Assembly (NCBI GenBank): GCA_965248695.1
Contig: CBDFKD010000002.1
Span: forward strand, 1,376,001-1,440,000
DNA from: Acidobacteriota bacterium
GTDB lineage: Bacteria; Acidobacteriota; UBA890; WLXD01
DNA length: 64,000 nt
Direction of reading: 5' to 3'
Part shown: positions 47,921 to 58,796 of the stretch, one piece after another
Layout of the letters: each line of letters starts with the position of its first letter
How positions within the stretch are numbered: the stretch's first letter is position 1
Notes under the pieces: model-generated
What the model was told of the DNA's origin: nothing
Seen by the model: only the letters and a program-made list of their open reading frames with translations
The model's database searches: none
Position numbers and translations under genes: made by a program

Positions 47921-49636
47921 TCAAGCAGGCAGGGTCGCTAGCTCCTCGCCCACACGGTCCATCAGCGGCGCGATGATGCTCTCATCGAAGGCAAGCTTCG
48001 CGCCGGCAGCCTCGAACAGGCCTGGGAGCGGGCGCGAGCCACCGAGCGCCAGGGCGGCGCGATAGTCGGACAGGCCGCGTGCCGGATCCTGCTTGTACGT
48101 GTTCCAGATCTGCAGCGCGCCGAGCTGGGCGATGCCGTATTCGATGTAGTAGAACGGGTAGCAGAAAATATGCAGCTGCCGTTGCCAGCTGGAGTGGCGT
48201 TGAGCGTCGTAGCCACTCCATTCAACCGCGGGCTCGAAACGCTCGCCGAGCTCCAGCCAGGCAGCCGTGCGCCCGTCGCGTGTGTGCGCCGGATGAGTGT
48301 AGATCCAGTGCTGGAAGGCATCGACCCGAGCAATCCACGGCAGCAACTCGATGATGCCTTCGAGGTGCTTGCGCTTGGCGCGAGCCGCATCCTCGCGGCT
48401 GTAGAACTCGTCCAGGTAGTCGTCGCCGAACAGTTCCATCGTCATCGAGGCGACCTCGGCAAATTCGATGGGCGCATGGCGATACTCGACCAGCGGCTCG
48501 TGGCGCGCCGCGAGAGCATGGAATGCGTGCCCCGACTCATGCAGCAGCGTCTCGACATCGCGATGCAGACCCGCTGCGTTCATGAAAATGAACGGGCGGC
48601 GGGCCTCCTCGAGCGAGGACTGGTAGCCACCAGGCGCCTTGCCCTTGCGCGACTCGAGATCGAGCTCGCCTGCCTCGATCATGCTGACGAACTGGGCCTC
48701 GAGATCGGAATCGAGACGCGCGAAGATGCGCCGGACGCCCTCCCCGAGCTCGTCGCCACCTTCGAATGGGCGTAACGGTGAACGGCCCAGCGGGTCGACG
48801 CCGAAATCCCACGGTCGCAGGTGGTTCACACCGAGCGCTGACTGACGATCCTCGGCCAACGACCGAACGAGCGGCATGACGTTCCGCGCGACCGCCGCGT
48901 GGAAACGGGCGCAGGATTCCGGCGTGTAGTCGAAACGGTGGTACGACTTGAACGTGTAGTCGCGATAGTCGGAACAATCGGCGTTGAGCGCGATCTGGTG
49001 CCGTAACCCCACGAGCTCGTCGAAGACCTCGTCGCAGCGGTCGCGATCCTGCAGCCGACGCTCCCAGATCGCTTCCCAGGCCTCGCGGCGGAGCCCCCGA
49101 TCCGTCTCCTCCAGGAACTTCCCCATCTGCGGCATGGTGCGCTCCTCGCCCCGGAACTCCACCGTCATCGCGCCGCTGATCTTCTGGTAACGCTGGCTCA
49201 GAACGCTCGCCTGAGTCTGCAGCTCGATGTTGTCGTCGCGATAAAGCTCGATGTCCATCGCCGTGCCGCGATCGAGAACGGCGTAACGGTCCGCGTCGAG
49301 CTCGGCGCGATACGGGCTGGCGACGTAGTACTCGTTGAGCTTGTGGAACCATGGCTTGGCCGCCGGCATGAAGTGCTCGACCAGCTCGAGGTAGCGGCTT
49401 TCAGCATCCTCGTCTTCGGTGTCGCAGGTCATGGCGATGTAACGCCGCGCCCGCTCTTCCGATACGCACGACTGCACCTCCGACAGGTCCAGCAGCCAGC
49501 GCTCCAGGTCGGCGGCCGAACCCAACTGCCGCTCCAGCAGCCTCTCGACCCACGGCTGTACCGCCTCCCAGTCGCCGAGATCGATGTCCTCGGGAATGAA
49601 GGTGCGGGGGAATTCCTTGCTGGATGATTGCGTCAC
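47921..49636 (-). CDS. M3 family oligoendopeptidase
   Basis: GKAPGGY, PFIFMN, HESGH, EFAEVAS, PFYYIEY. Confidence 0.93.
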   Translation of the reverse strand: MTQSSSKEFPRTFIPEDIDLGDWEAVQPWVERLLERQLGSAADLERWLLDLSEVQSCVSEERARRYIAMTCDTEDEDAESRYLELVEHFMPAAKPWFHKLNEYYVASPYRAELDADRYAVLDRGTAMDIELYRDDNIELQTQASVLSQRYQKISGAMTVEFRGEERTMPQMGKFLEETDRGLRREAWEAIWERRLQDRDRCDEVFDELVGLRHQIALNADCSDYRDYTFKSYHRFDYTPESCARFHAAVARNVMPLVRSLAEDRQSALGVNHLRPWDFGVDPLGRSPLRPFEGGDELGEGVRRIFARLDSDLEAQFVSMIEAGELDLESRKGKAPGGYQSSLEEARRPFIFMNAAGLHRDVETLLHESGHAFHALAARHEPLVEYRHAPIEFAEVASMTMELFGDDYLDEFYSREDAARAKRKHLEGIIELLPWIARVDAFQHWIYTHPAHTRDGRTAAWLELGERFEPAVEWSGYDAQRHSSWQRQLHIFCYPFYYIEYGIAQLGALQIWNTYKQDPARGLSDYRAALALGGSRPLPGLFEAAGAKLAFDESIIAPLMDRVGEELATLPA

Positions 49637-49689
49637 GCGAGCTTGCTCCGGGTTGGTACGAGTCCGTCTGACGGATCGCGGCGGTAGTG

Positions 49690-51129
49690 CTACTCGGGCG
49701 GCTCCGGCTGCAGACCCGCATCCGGGAGCAGCGCGGAGGCGCCCGGCTGGGCAGGTGCGGGCTCCAGAAGCAGGTGGCTGTCGATGAAATCGCCGAGAGC
49801 GCTGCGCAGCCAGATGACGAAGGCGACAGACGACACCAGCGCCACCATGAGGAGGCCGACGAGCATGCCGTACATCTGCGGATAGCCGAGCCAGGACGCC
49901 ACCCGAATGCCGAGCAAGGCGAGCGGCACGGTGAGGATGACGGTGCGCACGACAGCCATGATCAGGCCTGGCTGTCCGCGCCCCATCGCCTCGAATACGG
50001 GCCGCATGAGGAAAAAGGGCGTACTCAGCAGACACGCGAAGGGAACCGAGTACAGGGCGAAGCGCGCATAGTCGACCGTTTCCGGCGACTCTGCCAACGC
50101 GCTGGCCAGCCAGGGCCCCACCAGCACGATCACCGGCCCGACGATGACGATCGAGTACAACGCCGAGGCCACCAACGACTGACGAATTCCCTGACGCAGA
50201 CCCTCCCAGTCTTGCTTGCCGACCAGCCGGCTGGCGAACGGCAGCATCGCCACAGACATCGCGATCAGCGGGTTCATCGCGAACAGCAGTACACGGTGGT
50301 AGATCGAGTACGCCGCGATCGCCGCGGTGGCGGTTCCGAGACCCGCAAGCATCGCGTTGATGACCGCCATCTCCACCGCGGTGAGCACAAAGCTCAGCCC
50401 CGCCGGCAGGGCAAGTGTCAGCTGCCGCCAGTAGGGCGCCGGATCCAGGCCGGGCACGGTGTGGGTGCCGGCGGCGCGCCGGCGATCCTCATGCTCCTTG
50501 GCCTTCTTCAGCGCGTAGACCAGGCCCCCGACGCGTCCGATGACGGTCGACAGCGCGATGCCGAAGATTCCCCAATGGAAGACGAACAGGAAGATCGTGT
50601 TGAGCACCAGATTGATGACGTTCGAGGCAATCCCCGCCCACATCGTCGAGCGCGTGTCCTGATGCGCCTTGACGATGGAATCCGGCATCACGGACCAGAA
50701 GGCGGTGAACGCCGATCCGCCCAGCATCACCGTGGCATACAGGCGGAAGCTCGCGAAGACCTCGTCCGAGAGACCGAACTGTGGCGCCAGGAACCAGATG
50801 AACGCCCCCAGCGCCACGAAGACCGGCGAGATAATCCAGGTCATCCGCCAGGCAGCGCTGAGGTACTGCTCGATCTTGTCGCCTTCGCCGGAAGCCATGC
50901 TGCGTGACAGCGCCGCGGTAAGGCCGGTCGACATGCCCACCCAGATGGCGATCATCAGAAACTCGAACGGGACCGTCAGGCCGATCGCGGCGACGGCAGC
51001 GTCGCCGATGGTGGCAGCGTAGATCGTGTCGACGAAAGTGAACGCGGCGCGCATGACGAACGACACCACGAGCGGTGCCGACATCTGGAACAGCGACGGT
51101 TCGCGCTGCGAGTTGACGAAGGAGGACAC
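49690..51129 (-). CDS. MATE family efflux transporter
   Basis: About 12 TM segments; VDTIY...AVAAIG, NLVLN.IFLF..HWGIFGIALST. Confidence 0.88.
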   Translation of the reverse strand: MSSFVNSQREPSLFQMSAPLVVSFVMRAAFTFVDTIYAATIGDAAVAAIGLTVPFEFLMIAIWVGMSTGLTAALSRSMASGEGDKIEQYLSAAWRMTWIISPVFVALGAFIWFLAPQFGLSDEVFASFRLYATVMLGGSAFTAFWSVMPDSIVKAHQDTRSTMWAGIASNVINLVLNTIFLFVFHWGIFGIALSTVIGRVGGLVYALKKAKEHEDRRRAAGTHTVPGLDPAPYWRQLTLALPAGLSFVLTAVEMAVINAMLAGLGTATAAIAAYSIYHRVLLFAMNPLIAMSVAMLPFASRLVGKQDWEGLRQGIRQSLVASALYSIVIVGPVIVLVGPWLASALAESPETVDYARFALYSVPFACLLSTPFFLMRPVFEAMGRGQPGLIMAVVRTVILTVPLALLGIRVASWLGYPQMYGMLVGLLMVALVSSVAFVIWLRSALGDFIDSHLLLEPAPAQPGASALLPDAGLQPEPPE

Positions 51130-51363
51130 TGGCAGGCCGTGGTGAAAGCGTCGTGGATCTGGTTGCTACACCGGGAGGGGTCACCGGGAGACTGGCAAGC
51201 AGCCAGTGTAGCCGAAGGGCCGCCCGCGGAAGCACCGACCGAACCGGCGAGTTCAACGACCGTATGGCAAACTCCAGCCTCGTCGATTTTCTCGGGGCAG
51301 GGATTCGTGGGGGTACGATCCCGGCCTTCTCCATTGAACCGCCAGCCCGCAGAACACTCGACC

Positions 51364-52614
51364 GTGCAGACTCAACGTCGTGTTCCCGTTTGGCTCGAGC
51401 GCCTCCTGCTGCTCATCGGATCACCACTGCTGTTTGTCGTGTTTGCCGAGCTCCTGATCCTGGGGCTGGGAATCGAGACGGACGTAGCGCGCAACGAAAA
51501 CGCGCAGATCGCGGTTCCCGTGTGGCTACTGGCGGACGAAGCCTGGGTGATGGAGCGTCAGGCGGATCTGCAGACAGAGCCCAACAAGCCATTGGCCGCC
51601 GCGGACCTCGCGTGGATGTACTACTTCGAGGAGGCGCGCTGGATCCAGTACCGGATGAAGCCCAACGTCGACGTCCGCGTCGTCAATCCGTTCAACAGCA
51701 TCGAGGTGGAGGCGGACATCACGTTCCGTCTGCACTCGAACAGCGACGGGTTCCGGGGCGCCGAGATCCTGCCCAAGCGCGCCGGGGTGACGCGCATCGT
51801 CACGATCGGCGACTCGAGCACGTTCGGTTGGGGAGCCGAGCCCGAGCACACGTTCCAGCAGATTCTCGAGGGGAAGCTCAACCGCGAGCTTCCTGGCGAG
51901 TACGAGATCATCAACCTGGGAATACCGGGGCAGAACAGCCGTCACGGGCTCGGCATGCTACGGCACTACGGAATGCCGCTGGAACCCGACCTGTTGGTCG
52001 TTAGCTACGGATCCAATGACGCCCGCGTCACGCCGCAGCGCACCGACGACCTGCTCGCTCCGGACGATACCCGGATCGGAGCCCTGCGGTTTCAGATGCT
52101 CCGGTTGCGGAGTTACCGGCTCCTGCGCCGGTTGATCTTCACGCTCCGCAACCCGCTGGCGCAGCGCCCCGGAGAGGCTCCGGCAGTCGCGCCGTCAGCG
52201 GCCGTACCGGTGAATGATTATCGCGACAACCTGATCGAGATCGTGCTGACGGCACGGGACGCCGGCGTGGAGACCCTCTTCATGTCGGTTTGCACCGGAG
52301 TCGACGTGTACGTCGCCAATATCAACAACGTGGCGAAATGGACCGATACTCCGATTCTCAACGTCGGCGTGCTATTCAACGAACGGCGCGAAGAGCTAAT
52401 CAACGGCAACCTCTACCCAGACAGGGTGGAGCACTACCGCTCGATATATGGTGAGGGCGTGTTGCAGAGTCGACCGCAGTTCTATGTCACCAACGACGGT
52501 TGCCATCCCAACTGGGTGGGACACAGCCTGATCGCCGACAGCATGCTGTCGATGGTCAGCGAGGCCCTCGGCGTCGCGCCCACCCAAGAACCGGACCCCG
52601 GAGGATCTCGATGA
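51364..52614 (+). CDS. Membrane-anchored SGNH/GDSL hydrolase
   Basis: GDSSTFG, INLGIPG, YGSND, DGCHPN. Confidence 0.88.
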   Translation: MQTQRRVPVWLERLLLLIGSPLLFVVFAELLILGLGIETDVARNENAQIAVPVWLLADEAWVMERQADLQTEPNKPLAAADLAWMYYFEEARWIQYRMKPNVDVRVVNPFNSIEVEADITFRLHSNSDGFRGAEILPKRAGVTRIVTIGDSSTFGWGAEPEHTFQQILEGKLNRELPGEYEIINLGIPGQNSRHGLGMLRHYGMPLEPDLLVVSYGSNDARVTPQRTDDLLAPDDTRIGALRFQMLRLRSYRLLRRLIFTLRNPLAQRPGEAPAVAPSAAVPVNDYRDNLIEIVLTARDAGVETLFMSVCTGVDVYVANINNVAKWTDTPILNVGVLFNERREELINGNLYPDRVEHYRSIYGEGVLQSRPQFYVTNDGCHPNWVGHSLIADSMLSMVSEALGVAPTQEPDPGGSR

Positions 52615-53366
52615 CGAAGCGCCTTTTTGTTGCCGCGGTCGCGCTGTTACTTGCCACCGCTCCCGCCACCGGCGGCGAAGCGAGCATCACAAGCCCACAG
52701 ATCGATCCGCAGGCTCGGGAGCTGGCCGAGTCCGTCATGCAGTCGATGGGCGGCCAGGAAGCCTGGGACGCTACGCGGCACGTCGCCTGGAAGTTCTTCG
52801 GGCGCCGCCAGCACTACTGGGACAAGCACACCGGCAACATCCGCATCGAGATTCCGGCAAACGATCGTGGCCCGGAGATGCTCATTCTAATGAACCTGGA
52901 CAGCCGTAGCGGCCGCGTCTGGACCAGCGGCGAGGAGCTCGCCGGCACGGCGCTCCAGGAGGGTCTCGAGCGCGGCTGGCGATCGTGGGTGAACGACTCC
53001 TACTGGATGTTCATGCCCTACAAGCTGATGGATCCCGGCGTCAACCTGCGCCACGTCGGTGAGGACCTCATGGCCGACGACCGTGAAGCAGACGTCCTGG
53101 AGATGACCTTCGAAGGCGTCGGGGTGACGCCGAACAACCGGTACCTGGTGTACGTCGCCAGGGACTCGGGGCTGGTGGAGCAGTGGAGCTACTTCGCCGA
53201 ACGGGACCAGTCAGAGGCGGGCTTCACGATGCCGTGGGAAAACTGGTCCAGCTTCGGCAACATCCTGCTGTCGACTGGTCGCGGCGACGGCGCAGACTGG
53301 GACATCCACGTCTACGACGAGCTTCCGGAGGCGCTGTACAGCGATCCCGGCCACACGCTCAAATGA
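52611..53366 (+). CDS. Conserved exported hypothetical protein
   Basis: Signal peptide; MGGQEAW, WVNDSYW..MPYKL.DPGV, GVTPNNRY. Confidence 0.75.
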   Translation: MTKRLFVAAVALLLATAPATGGEASITSPQIDPQARELAESVMQSMGGQEAWDATRHVAWKFFGRRQHYWDKHTGNIRIEIPANDRGPEMLILMNLDSRSGRVWTSGEELAGTALQEGLERGWRSWVNDSYWMFMPYKLMDPGVNLRHVGEDLMADDREADVLEMTFEGVGVTPNNRYLVYVARDSGLVEQWSYFAERDQSEAGFTMPWENWSSFGNILLSTGRGDGADWDIHVYDELPEALYSDPGHTLK

Positions 53367-53417
53367 GCTAGAAGTCGACACGGGCGGCGCCTATCAACCG
53401 CACCGGAGCCGGCTCGA

Positions 53418-54398
53418 TTAGCGCGCCGGTAGCCCGATCGCCAGTCCCTGTGACCCGTTCACCATGGCCCCGGCGGCAAGCAGACGAAGCTTGCACTTGG
53501 CGACGTTGTCGAGTCGGTAGATCTCCGATTCGCCGAAGACGTCGAACCCGTCGACGAGGTAGACGCGCAGTTTCTGGCTGATGTCGATGCCGTTGATGCG
53601 CTTGAACGACTGATCGTCGCACAGGCTGTAGAGCTGCTTGTTTGCCAGCCAGAGGAGCTCGGCGCCGTTGCCGATGTAGATCGAGCCGTCCGGGTGCACC
53701 GCGAAGGCGCTGACGTCGAGACCGTCCCGGGCGTACAGGGCTTTCGGATGCCGGTAGTCGGGCATCCCCGTCTTGTAGATTGCATCGAAGTGCCACTGGT
53801 TGTTGGTGCCCGGCATGGGATTGCCGGCGCCCTTGTCAACGACGAAGAGCGTGCCCCACTCGTCCATGTCGAGCAGTGAGGGGTTCGCCCAGGCGTGACG
53901 CCCTCCGGCGCGACGGATGTTGCCGTCGGTGTCATAGACCCATACGGCGCCATCGCGTGGCCAGCGGCCGACGGACTCTCCGCCGGCGTCGGCGATCAGC
54001 AGGCGGCACTTGAAGCCCCATTCGACGTCGCGCACCTGCTTGAAGCGACGATCGGTGATGACCTCGACTTCGCCGGTCCAGACGTCGAACACGACGACGT
54101 TGTGGACATTGGCGATGGCCACCTTCTCGCAGAACTTCCGGTACGCGATGCCCTTCGGCTTGAGGCGCACACCTAGCGGTTGCTTGGTCACCGCTAGCGA
54201 GTTGTTGCGAGGCCGGAAGCGCAGCAGTGAGTCATTCTTGCCGGAGGCCGTAATCAGGTCTCCGTTGTCGAGAAACAGGTTGCCGCGTGCCGTCGAATCG
54301 CGTTCCTGCGCGACAGCCAGCGGTGCAACTGCGATCGCGAGAGCAATCCCCAACAGTGGAAGAACCCGTCTCAGCTGCCTCATCGTTGCCTCGTTCAT
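53418..54398 (-). CDS. Exported beta-propeller hypothetical protein
   Basis: Signal peptide; repeated LLIAD / LFVVD / IYIG blades. Confidence 0.65.
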   Translation of the reverse strand: MNEATMRQLRRVLPLLGIALAIAVAPLAVAQERDSTARGNLFLDNGDLITASGKNDSLLRFRPRNNSLAVTKQPLGVRLKPKGIAYRKFCEKVAIANVHNVVVFDVWTGEVEVITDRRFKQVRDVEWGFKCRLLIADAGGESVGRWPRDGAVWVYDTDGNIRRAGGRHAWANPSLLDMDEWGTLFVVDKGAGNPMPGTNNQWHFDAIYKTGMPDYRHPKALYARDGLDVSAFAVHPDGSIYIGNGAELLWLANKQLYSLCDDQSFKRINGIDISQKLRVYLVDGFDVFGESEIYRLDNVAKCKLRLLAAGAMVNGSQGLAIGLPAR

Positions 54399-54611
54399 CC
54401 CAGGCCCTGTCTCGTCACCCGAAACCAGGACATCGGCGCAGTGTACGAACGACTTGCTCTTCCAGGCAACGCGCCCGGGGCCGCATGCAGGACAGGGGCG
54501 GCCAGGCGCGGCCAAGCACGGCCAGCGGCGAATCGGCACCATCGGCCAACCGAGGCCTGCAGTCGCCATCGGCCTGCAACAGCGTGCACGGCCGTCCATG
54601 GGCCGCGCCCT

Positions 54612-57155
54612 TCACAGCTCGGAGCGCAGCACCTCCAGTGGCGGCAACCGCGTCGCCCCGCGGCTGCCGAGCAAGCCGACGCCGACGGTCAGCGAGACCA
54701 CCACGACCAGGAGGACGAGCAGCGGCCAAGCGACGGGAGCGAACGGCACTTCGAAGAACCATCGCGACAGCGCCCAGGACCCGCCGAGGGCGAGAACCAG
54801 GCCGGTGAGCGCCGCCAGCAGGCCGAGAGCTACGTACTCGACGGTCAGGATTCGGACGATCTGCGCTCGCGAAGCCCCGAGGGTGCGCAGCAGCACGCTC
54901 TCTCGCAGTCGTTGGAAGCGACTCGACAGAACTGCAACGACGAGCACTACGAGCCCACTAAGGACACTGAGACCCGCCATGAAGCGGAGCGCCAAGCTCA
55001 CCTGCGCTAGCATCGCGTCGATCGAAGCCAGGATCAGTCCCAGGTCCATCAGCGCGACGTTCGTGTAGCGCTCCACCACGCGCCGCTGGACTGCGGCTGA
55101 CTGTTCCGGCCCCGAGGCTCTCGAGACCATGACGATCTGTTGCGGCGCCGGTTCCAGAACACCGGTCGGAAACACGACAAAGAAGTTCGGCCTCACCTGT
55201 TCCCAATCCACCGTGCGCACGCTGGCCACACGGGCAGCGACCGCGACGCCCTGGACATCGAACTCCAGCGCGTCGCCGACGCCGACCTTCAACCGCTCGG
55301 CGATACCTTCCTCCAGTGACACCGGTACGGCGACCCCATCGACACCCTGTTCCGGCGACGCGTTCGCGACCCACTCGCCCACCGCGATTTGCTCGGTCTC
55401 AGCGAGCTCCGACCGATACGTGGAGTTGTACTCTCGGCGTAAGACCCAGGGCCTGATGTCTGACTCGTCGATCTCACCCACCGGGCGGCCCTTGACCGAC
55501 GCCAGGCGCATCGGCACGACGGGCGTCTGTTGAATCACTTCCAGCCCCTCGTCGGCGAGAATCTGGCGTACGCCGCCGACCTGATCGGGCTGAATGTCGA
55601 ACAGCACGAGGTTGGGGTTGCCCCCCATCTCCAGGCTGGCCACCGATTCGAGCAACGCCACCTGGGTGAGGTAGAGGGTAGCGATGAGGAAGACGCCGAA
55701 GCCCAGCGTCAGCATGACCACTCCAGTCTGGTTGTTGGGCCGGTACATGTTGGCCACACCTTGCCGCCATGGATATGGCCACGAGCTCGGCAGGGCGCGG
55801 CGCGCCACGAGCTTGAGCAGAGCTGCCACGAGGGCCAGCGCCGCGAGCACCGCAGCCAACGAACCGCTGATGGTCAGACCGACGCGCCAGCTGTCAGTCT
55901 GCACCACTGCCACGACCCCGACGCCGGCCCCAACGGCTATCGCGACTATCCAACGGGCTGGATCGCGTGATCCGCTCGACCGGTCGGTGGCAAACAACCG
56001 GAGCGCCAGCAGCGGGCTCACCCGGCGCAATGACAGCAGCGGCAACGCCGCGAACAACATCGCCACACCGACGCCGACCACTAGCCCCTCGACGAGCGCC
56101 AAGCCGTCGAGCCGAAACCTCACCGGCACCGGCAGCAGCGCCGCGAGCACACCCGGGAGCAGCGCCTGCAACCCGACGCCGGCGATCGTGCCACCGAGGG
56201 CGCCGACGAGTCCCATGCCGGCGGCCTGCAGCACGAAGACCTCGAGCGGTCCGCGCGCCGGAGCCCCCAGGCAGCGCAACACGGCGACGGCCTGCACCTT
56301 GCTCTTGACATGCAGGTGGATCGCGCTGGCCACTCCGATGCCCCCGAGCAACAGCGCCGCAAAGCCGGCCAGATACAAGAATGCGTACAGATCGTCGAGC
56401 GCATCGCCGACTGCCTCGCGTCGGAACTGGACCGACTCTGCCTCCAGACGCAGCTGGCGCAGCTCCGATTCGATCTCCCCGACCAGCACGGCAACCTGTT
56501 CAGGGGTCTGCTCGAGGCGAAAGAACACGCTGTAGGTAGCGCGGCTTCCACCACGGATGAGCCGCGTCTCCTCCAGGAACCGGAGCGGCACGAAAACCCG
56601 AGGACCGATTAACGAAGCCGTCGGGACCTCCCCGGGGATGCGCAAGAGCCGTCCGGCAATACGGAAGGTCACCTCGCCAATGCGGATCGGATCGCCGACC
56701 TGGACGCCGAACTGCAGCATCAACGTGTGATCCACGAGCGCCGAGCGTTGGGTGCGGAAGTCGCGTGCTGCGGTGGCGGGCTCCGTCTCGAGCGCACCGT
56801 AGAACGGATATCCGCCGTCAACCGCGCGCACGCGTACCAGACGCGAGCCGCCTGCTTGTGGAAAGTAAGCCATCGATCCCAGTGCCACCTGTCGTGCCTG
56901 GGCGCCGCCGATCCTGGCGAACAGGGCCTCCGACTCGTCCACGAACTGGCTACGTCCGTAGATCTCCAGGTCGGCGCCGAGCAATACCTTTGCCTCGTCG
57001 TCAACAGCACTAGCGACGTTGTCGGCGAACGAGCGCACCGCCACCAGCGCGGCGACTCCGGTAACGATGGTCAGGACGAACAACAGCAGCCGCTGGGGGG
57101 TCGCGCGCGCATCGCGCCAGGCCAGTCGCGCTACCCAGCGCCGACGCCCCATCAC
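54612..57155 (-). CDS. ABC transporter permease, YbbP-like (FtsX)
   Basis: LAWRDAR, LLGADL, two FtsX domains, NLVLFDIQPDQ. Confidence 0.9.
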   Translation of the reverse strand: MMGRRRWVARLAWRDARATPQRLLLFVLTIVTGVAALVAVRSFADNVASAVDDEAKVLLGADLEIYGRSQFVDESEALFARIGGAQARQVALGSMAYFPQAGGSRLVRVRAVDGGYPFYGALETEPATAARDFRTQRSALVDHTLMLQFGVQVGDPIRIGEVTFRIAGRLLRIPGEVPTASLIGPRVFVPLRFLEETRLIRGGSRATYSVFFRLEQTPEQVAVLVGEIESELRQLRLEAESVQFRREAVGDALDDLYAFLYLAGFAALLLGGIGVASAIHLHVKSKVQAVAVLRCLGAPARGPLEVFVLQAAGMGLVGALGGTIAGVGLQALLPGVLAALLPVPVRFRLDGLALVEGLVVGVGVAMLFAALPLLSLRRVSPLLALRLFATDRSSGSRDPARWIVAIAVGAGVGVVAVVQTDSWRVGLTISGSLAAVLAALALVAALLKLVARRALPSSWPYPWRQGVANMYRPNNQTGVVMLTLGFGVFLIATLYLTQVALLESVASLEMGGNPNLVLFDIQPDQVGGVRQILADEGLEVIQQTPVVPMRLASVKGRPVGEIDESDIRPWVLRREYNSTYRSELAETEQIAVGEWVANASPEQGVDGVAVPVSLEEGIAERLKVGVGDALEFDVQGVAVAARVASVRTVDWEQVRPNFFVVFPTGVLEPAPQQIVMVSRASGPEQSAAVQRRVVERYTNVALMDLGLILASIDAMLAQVSLALRFMAGLSVLSGLVVLVVAVLSSRFQRLRESVLLRTLGASRAQIVRILTVEYVALGLLAALTGLVLALGGSWALSRWFFEVPFAPVAWPLLVLLVVVVSLTVGVGLLGSRGATRLPPLEVLRSEL

Positions 57156-57862
57156 GGTGCCGACCCTCCATCGGCGCCGGTACCCGCGTCCGGAACGACG
57201 AGGCCACTGCGCAATCGGATGACCCGCTCGGTACGGCTGGCAAGTTCCTCGTCGTGGGTCACGACGACCAGCGCGGTTCCACGCGCTGCGTTGAGATCGA
57301 ACAGCAACTTCTGCACACGGTCGCCGGTCTCACTATCGAGGTTGCCGGTGGGCTCGTCGGCAAACAACAACGACGGCTCGTTCATGAAGGCGCGCGCCAG
57401 CGAGACTCGTTGCTGCTCGCCACCGGACAACTGGACGGGGTAGTGATCGACCCGGTCGCCGAGCCCTACCTGGCCCAGTAGCTCGCGCGCCCGCGCTGCA
57501 GCGTTGGTGTCACCGCGCAACTCGAGCGGCACCATGACGTTCTCCAGCGCCGTAAGAGTCGCCAGCAGCTGGAAGTTCTGGAAGACGAATCCGACCTTGC
57601 GGTTGCGCAAGGCCGACAGCTCATCCTCGTCGAGATCGTTCAGCAGCTGCCCATCGATCAACACCTCGCCGGAGGTTGGACGATCGAGCCCGGCGCAGAG
57701 TCCCAGCAACGTCGTCTTGCCGCTTCCGGACGGCCCCACGACGGCGCACGTCGACCCCGGCGCGACAGCCAGATCGACATCGCGCACAACGGTGAGCTCG
57801 CCGTGCGATGCCACGAAGGTCTTCGTGACCCGACGAGCTTCGAGAATCGGCGCGGTGCTCAT
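57152..57862 (-). CDS. ABC transporter ATP-binding protein, YbbA-like
   Basis: GPSGSGKT, LSGGEQQR, ADEPTGNLD. Confidence 0.93.
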   Translation of the reverse strand: MSTAPILEARRVTKTFVASHGELTVVRDVDLAVAPGSTCAVVGPSGSGKTTLLGLCAGLDRPTSGEVLIDGQLLNDLDEDELSALRNRKVGFVFQNFQLLATLTALENVMVPLELRGDTNAAARARELLGQVGLGDRVDHYPVQLSGGEQQRVSLARAFMNEPSLLFADEPTGNLDSETGDRVQKLLFDLNAARGTALVVVTHDEELASRTERVIRLRSGLVVPDAGTGADGGSAP

Positions 57863-58044
57863 GACGAGGTCCGGTCTGAGGGGAGGAAGCAATCATAGCC
57901 AGATCGCGCCGGTCCCGACGGTCCGATCGTCGGCCAGCCTTTGGATGTACACCCGCCGGGCCGCCGGCCGTGCTCGAGACCTCCGCTGTGCTCATCGCTA
58001 GAATAGTGGCTGGCATTGCGGCAACTTCCCCGAGCGCCTTTGCT

Positions 58045-58686
58045 TTGACTTCCAGATTCGTTCGCGTCTCGCTGGCGCTGCTGACGGCGCTCGCGGCCAC
58101 GGGCAACGCCGCGGCGTTGCAGGAAAGCACCGTCGTCTTCCTCGGCGACAGCCTCACCGCTGGGCTCGGCCTCGATCCCCAAGACGCGTTTCCGGCGCTG
58201 GTCCAGGCGCGCATCGACGAGCGCGGGTGGCCCTATCGCGTCGTCAACGCCGGAGTCAGTGGCGAGACAAGCGCCGGCGGATTGCGACGCGTCGACTGGC
58301 TGCTACGCGGCCCGGTCCGTGTGCTGGTGCTAGAGCTCGGCGCCAACGACGGGCTTCGCGGCACTCCGGTCGAGAGCACGCGTGAGAATCTCCAGGCGAT
58401 CATCGACCGGGCACGGGCAGCACACCCGGGAATCGAGATTATCGTCGTCGGCATGATGGTGCCGCCCAATCTGGGCGAGCCGTACAGCAGCAACTTTCGG
58501 GCGCTGTTTCCGGAGATCGCCGCCACCAACGCGACCGAGCTCGTCCCCTTCCTGCTCGACGGCGTCGGCGGCCTGCCGGAATACAACCTGGCAGATGGCA
58601 TCCACCCGAACATCGAAGGACACCGCATCGTTGCTGCCAACGTGTGGGACATCCTCGAACCCGTCCTGAGTCGGCTGTCCCGCTAG
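58045..58686 (+). CDS. tesA: Arylesterase/acyl-CoA thioesterase I
   Basis: GDSLTAG, NAGVSGETS, ELGANDGLRG, DGIHPN; divergent from the ybbA/ybbP-like pair as in the known arrangement. Confidence 0.88.
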   Translation: MTSRFVRVSLALLTALAATGNAAALQESTVVFLGDSLTAGLGLDPQDAFPALVQARIDERGWPYRVVNAGVSGETSAGGLRRVDWLLRGPVRVLVLELGANDGLRGTPVESTRENLQAIIDRARAAHPGIEIIVVGMMVPPNLGEPYSSNFRALFPEIAATNATELVPFLLDGVGGLPEYNLADGIHPNIEGHRIVAANVWDILEPVLSRLSR

Positions 58687-58796
58687 CGGCCGCACGCGGC
58701 GGTCGACGTCAGCTCGGGCGGTCGCGTCGCGCGTCGGCCGGATAGTCGGCAACGAGTTGCTTGACCTCGGCCGCAGTGGTCATCGCGGCAGGATCT

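Noticed and set aside
29545-49636. Peptidase cluster (S9, M32, M19, M3) as a dedicated system
   Set aside because: The genes are interspersed with unrelated functions; this more likely reflects a generally peptide-degrading lifestyle.
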